NCBI RefSeq assembly: GCF_963921235.1
Contig: NC_086097.1
Span: 131,504,001 to 131,568,000, forward strand
DNA: 64,000 nt
Source of the DNA: Mobula hypostoma
Taxonomy: Eukaryota
Direction of reading: 5' to 3'
Positions 63,140 to 64,000 of this stretch are shown in pieces. How positions within the stretch are numbered: the stretch's first letter is position 1; every line of letters starts with the position of its first letter. Both the position numbers and the translations under genes were made by a program. The notes under the pieces are model-generated. The model made no database searches. It worked only from the letters and a program-made list of their open reading frames with translations, and was not told the origin of the DNA.

Positions 63140-63800
63140 TTAGATTAGATTCAACTTTATTGTCATTGTGCCAAGTACAGATACAAAGCCAATGAAATGC
63201 ATTTAGCATCTGACCAGAAGTGCAAAGGATAGTGTTATTTACAAAATAACTGCAAATAAAAAAAGTGCTACAGCACACAAATATAAAAGTACTGAGACAG
63301 TACAATACGGATGCAATACTGCTTAGCGCTGTGTTGAGAGGTTCAGCAGTGTCACAGCCTCAGAGAAGAAGCTGTTCCTGTGCCTGCTGGTGCGGGAGCG
63401 GAGGCTCCCGTAGTGCCTTCTGGATGGGAGGAGAGTAAAAAGTCCATGGTTAGGGTGAGATGCATCCTTGATGATGCTTTTCACCCTGCCCAGGCAGTGT
63501 TTATGGTAGATGTTCTCAATGGTGGACAATTGGGTGCTGATAATCCGCTGGGCAGTTTTCACCACACTCTGGAGTGCTTTGCGCTCCAATACGGGACAAT
63601 TGCCATACCACACTGAGATGCAGTTGGTGAGTATGCTCTCAATGGTACAGCGGTAAAATTCCGTCAGTATCCTGGGACAGAGGTGAGCTTTCTTCATGCT
63701 CTGCAGGAAATAAAGGTGCTGTTGTGCCTTTTTGATCAGGATGGAGGAGTTCAGGGACCAGGTGAGATCCTCAGAAATGTGGACACCAAGGAATTTGAAG
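63140..63800 (-). mobile_element. Young Rex1-type LINE 3' fragment with open C-terminal frame
   Basis: FKFLGVHISEDLTWSLNSSILIKKAQQHLYFL...FYRCTIESILTNCISVWYGNC...IIKDASHPNHGLFTLLPS in ORF 63323-63847; (aatct)n tail. Confidence 0.92.
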
Positions 63801-64000
63801 CCTGAAAAGTGCATGCCAGCACACACACAGGATGGACTTGGGCCCAAGTGCCCTTGTCTCTGCCGTCCCCTGGCTTATCCCCTTTTCACTCTCCTTTTGG
63901 TCCTTCACATCAGAAGTGTTGGCTACTCCGTGCGTATTAAGTCCCACTCTGGGACCTTGGTGGATCCAAAGGGATGGTGACAGACGTACATCGCAAGACA

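Overview
Repeat-dense eukaryotic DNA, inferred to be from a cartilaginous fish (ray or shark) from its mix of Neptune-type Penelope-like elements (PLEs), CR1, Rex1/Babar, RTE, V-SINEs and DeuSINEs. No host gene could be identified. Nearly every long ORF belongs to a retroelement; only a few weak splice-site-flanked candidate exons lie in repeat-free islands. Main elements: a young, 5'-truncated PLE (9222-11546; about 540-codon open RT frame plus GIY-YIG endonuclease) inserted into a Rex1 LINE with a perfect 14-bp target-site duplication (TSD); a second, decayed PLE (1-1458); a near full-length CR1 LINE (49196-53066, minus); an RTE 3' fragment with RTE-dependent non-autonomous elements; a collapsed Gypsy element with one LTR; and a Tigger-like DNA transposon. 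The most interesting signal is an RNA one. The PLE 3' terminus carries a minimal type I hammerhead ribozyme motif (AGTC-CTGACGA-A-GGGTTCCGGCCC-GAAACGTC-GACT, 11453-11488) whose stem III can only form through the ACGU palindrome in a dimer. The same terminus is scattered across the window as well over a dozen short non-coding copies. Several are head-to-head palindromes folding at or next to the ribozyme, some with apparent TSDs, suggesting a PLE-mobilised, ribozyme-centred non-autonomous family. Family names come from motif recognition only (no database search), and boundaries of old repeats are approximate.
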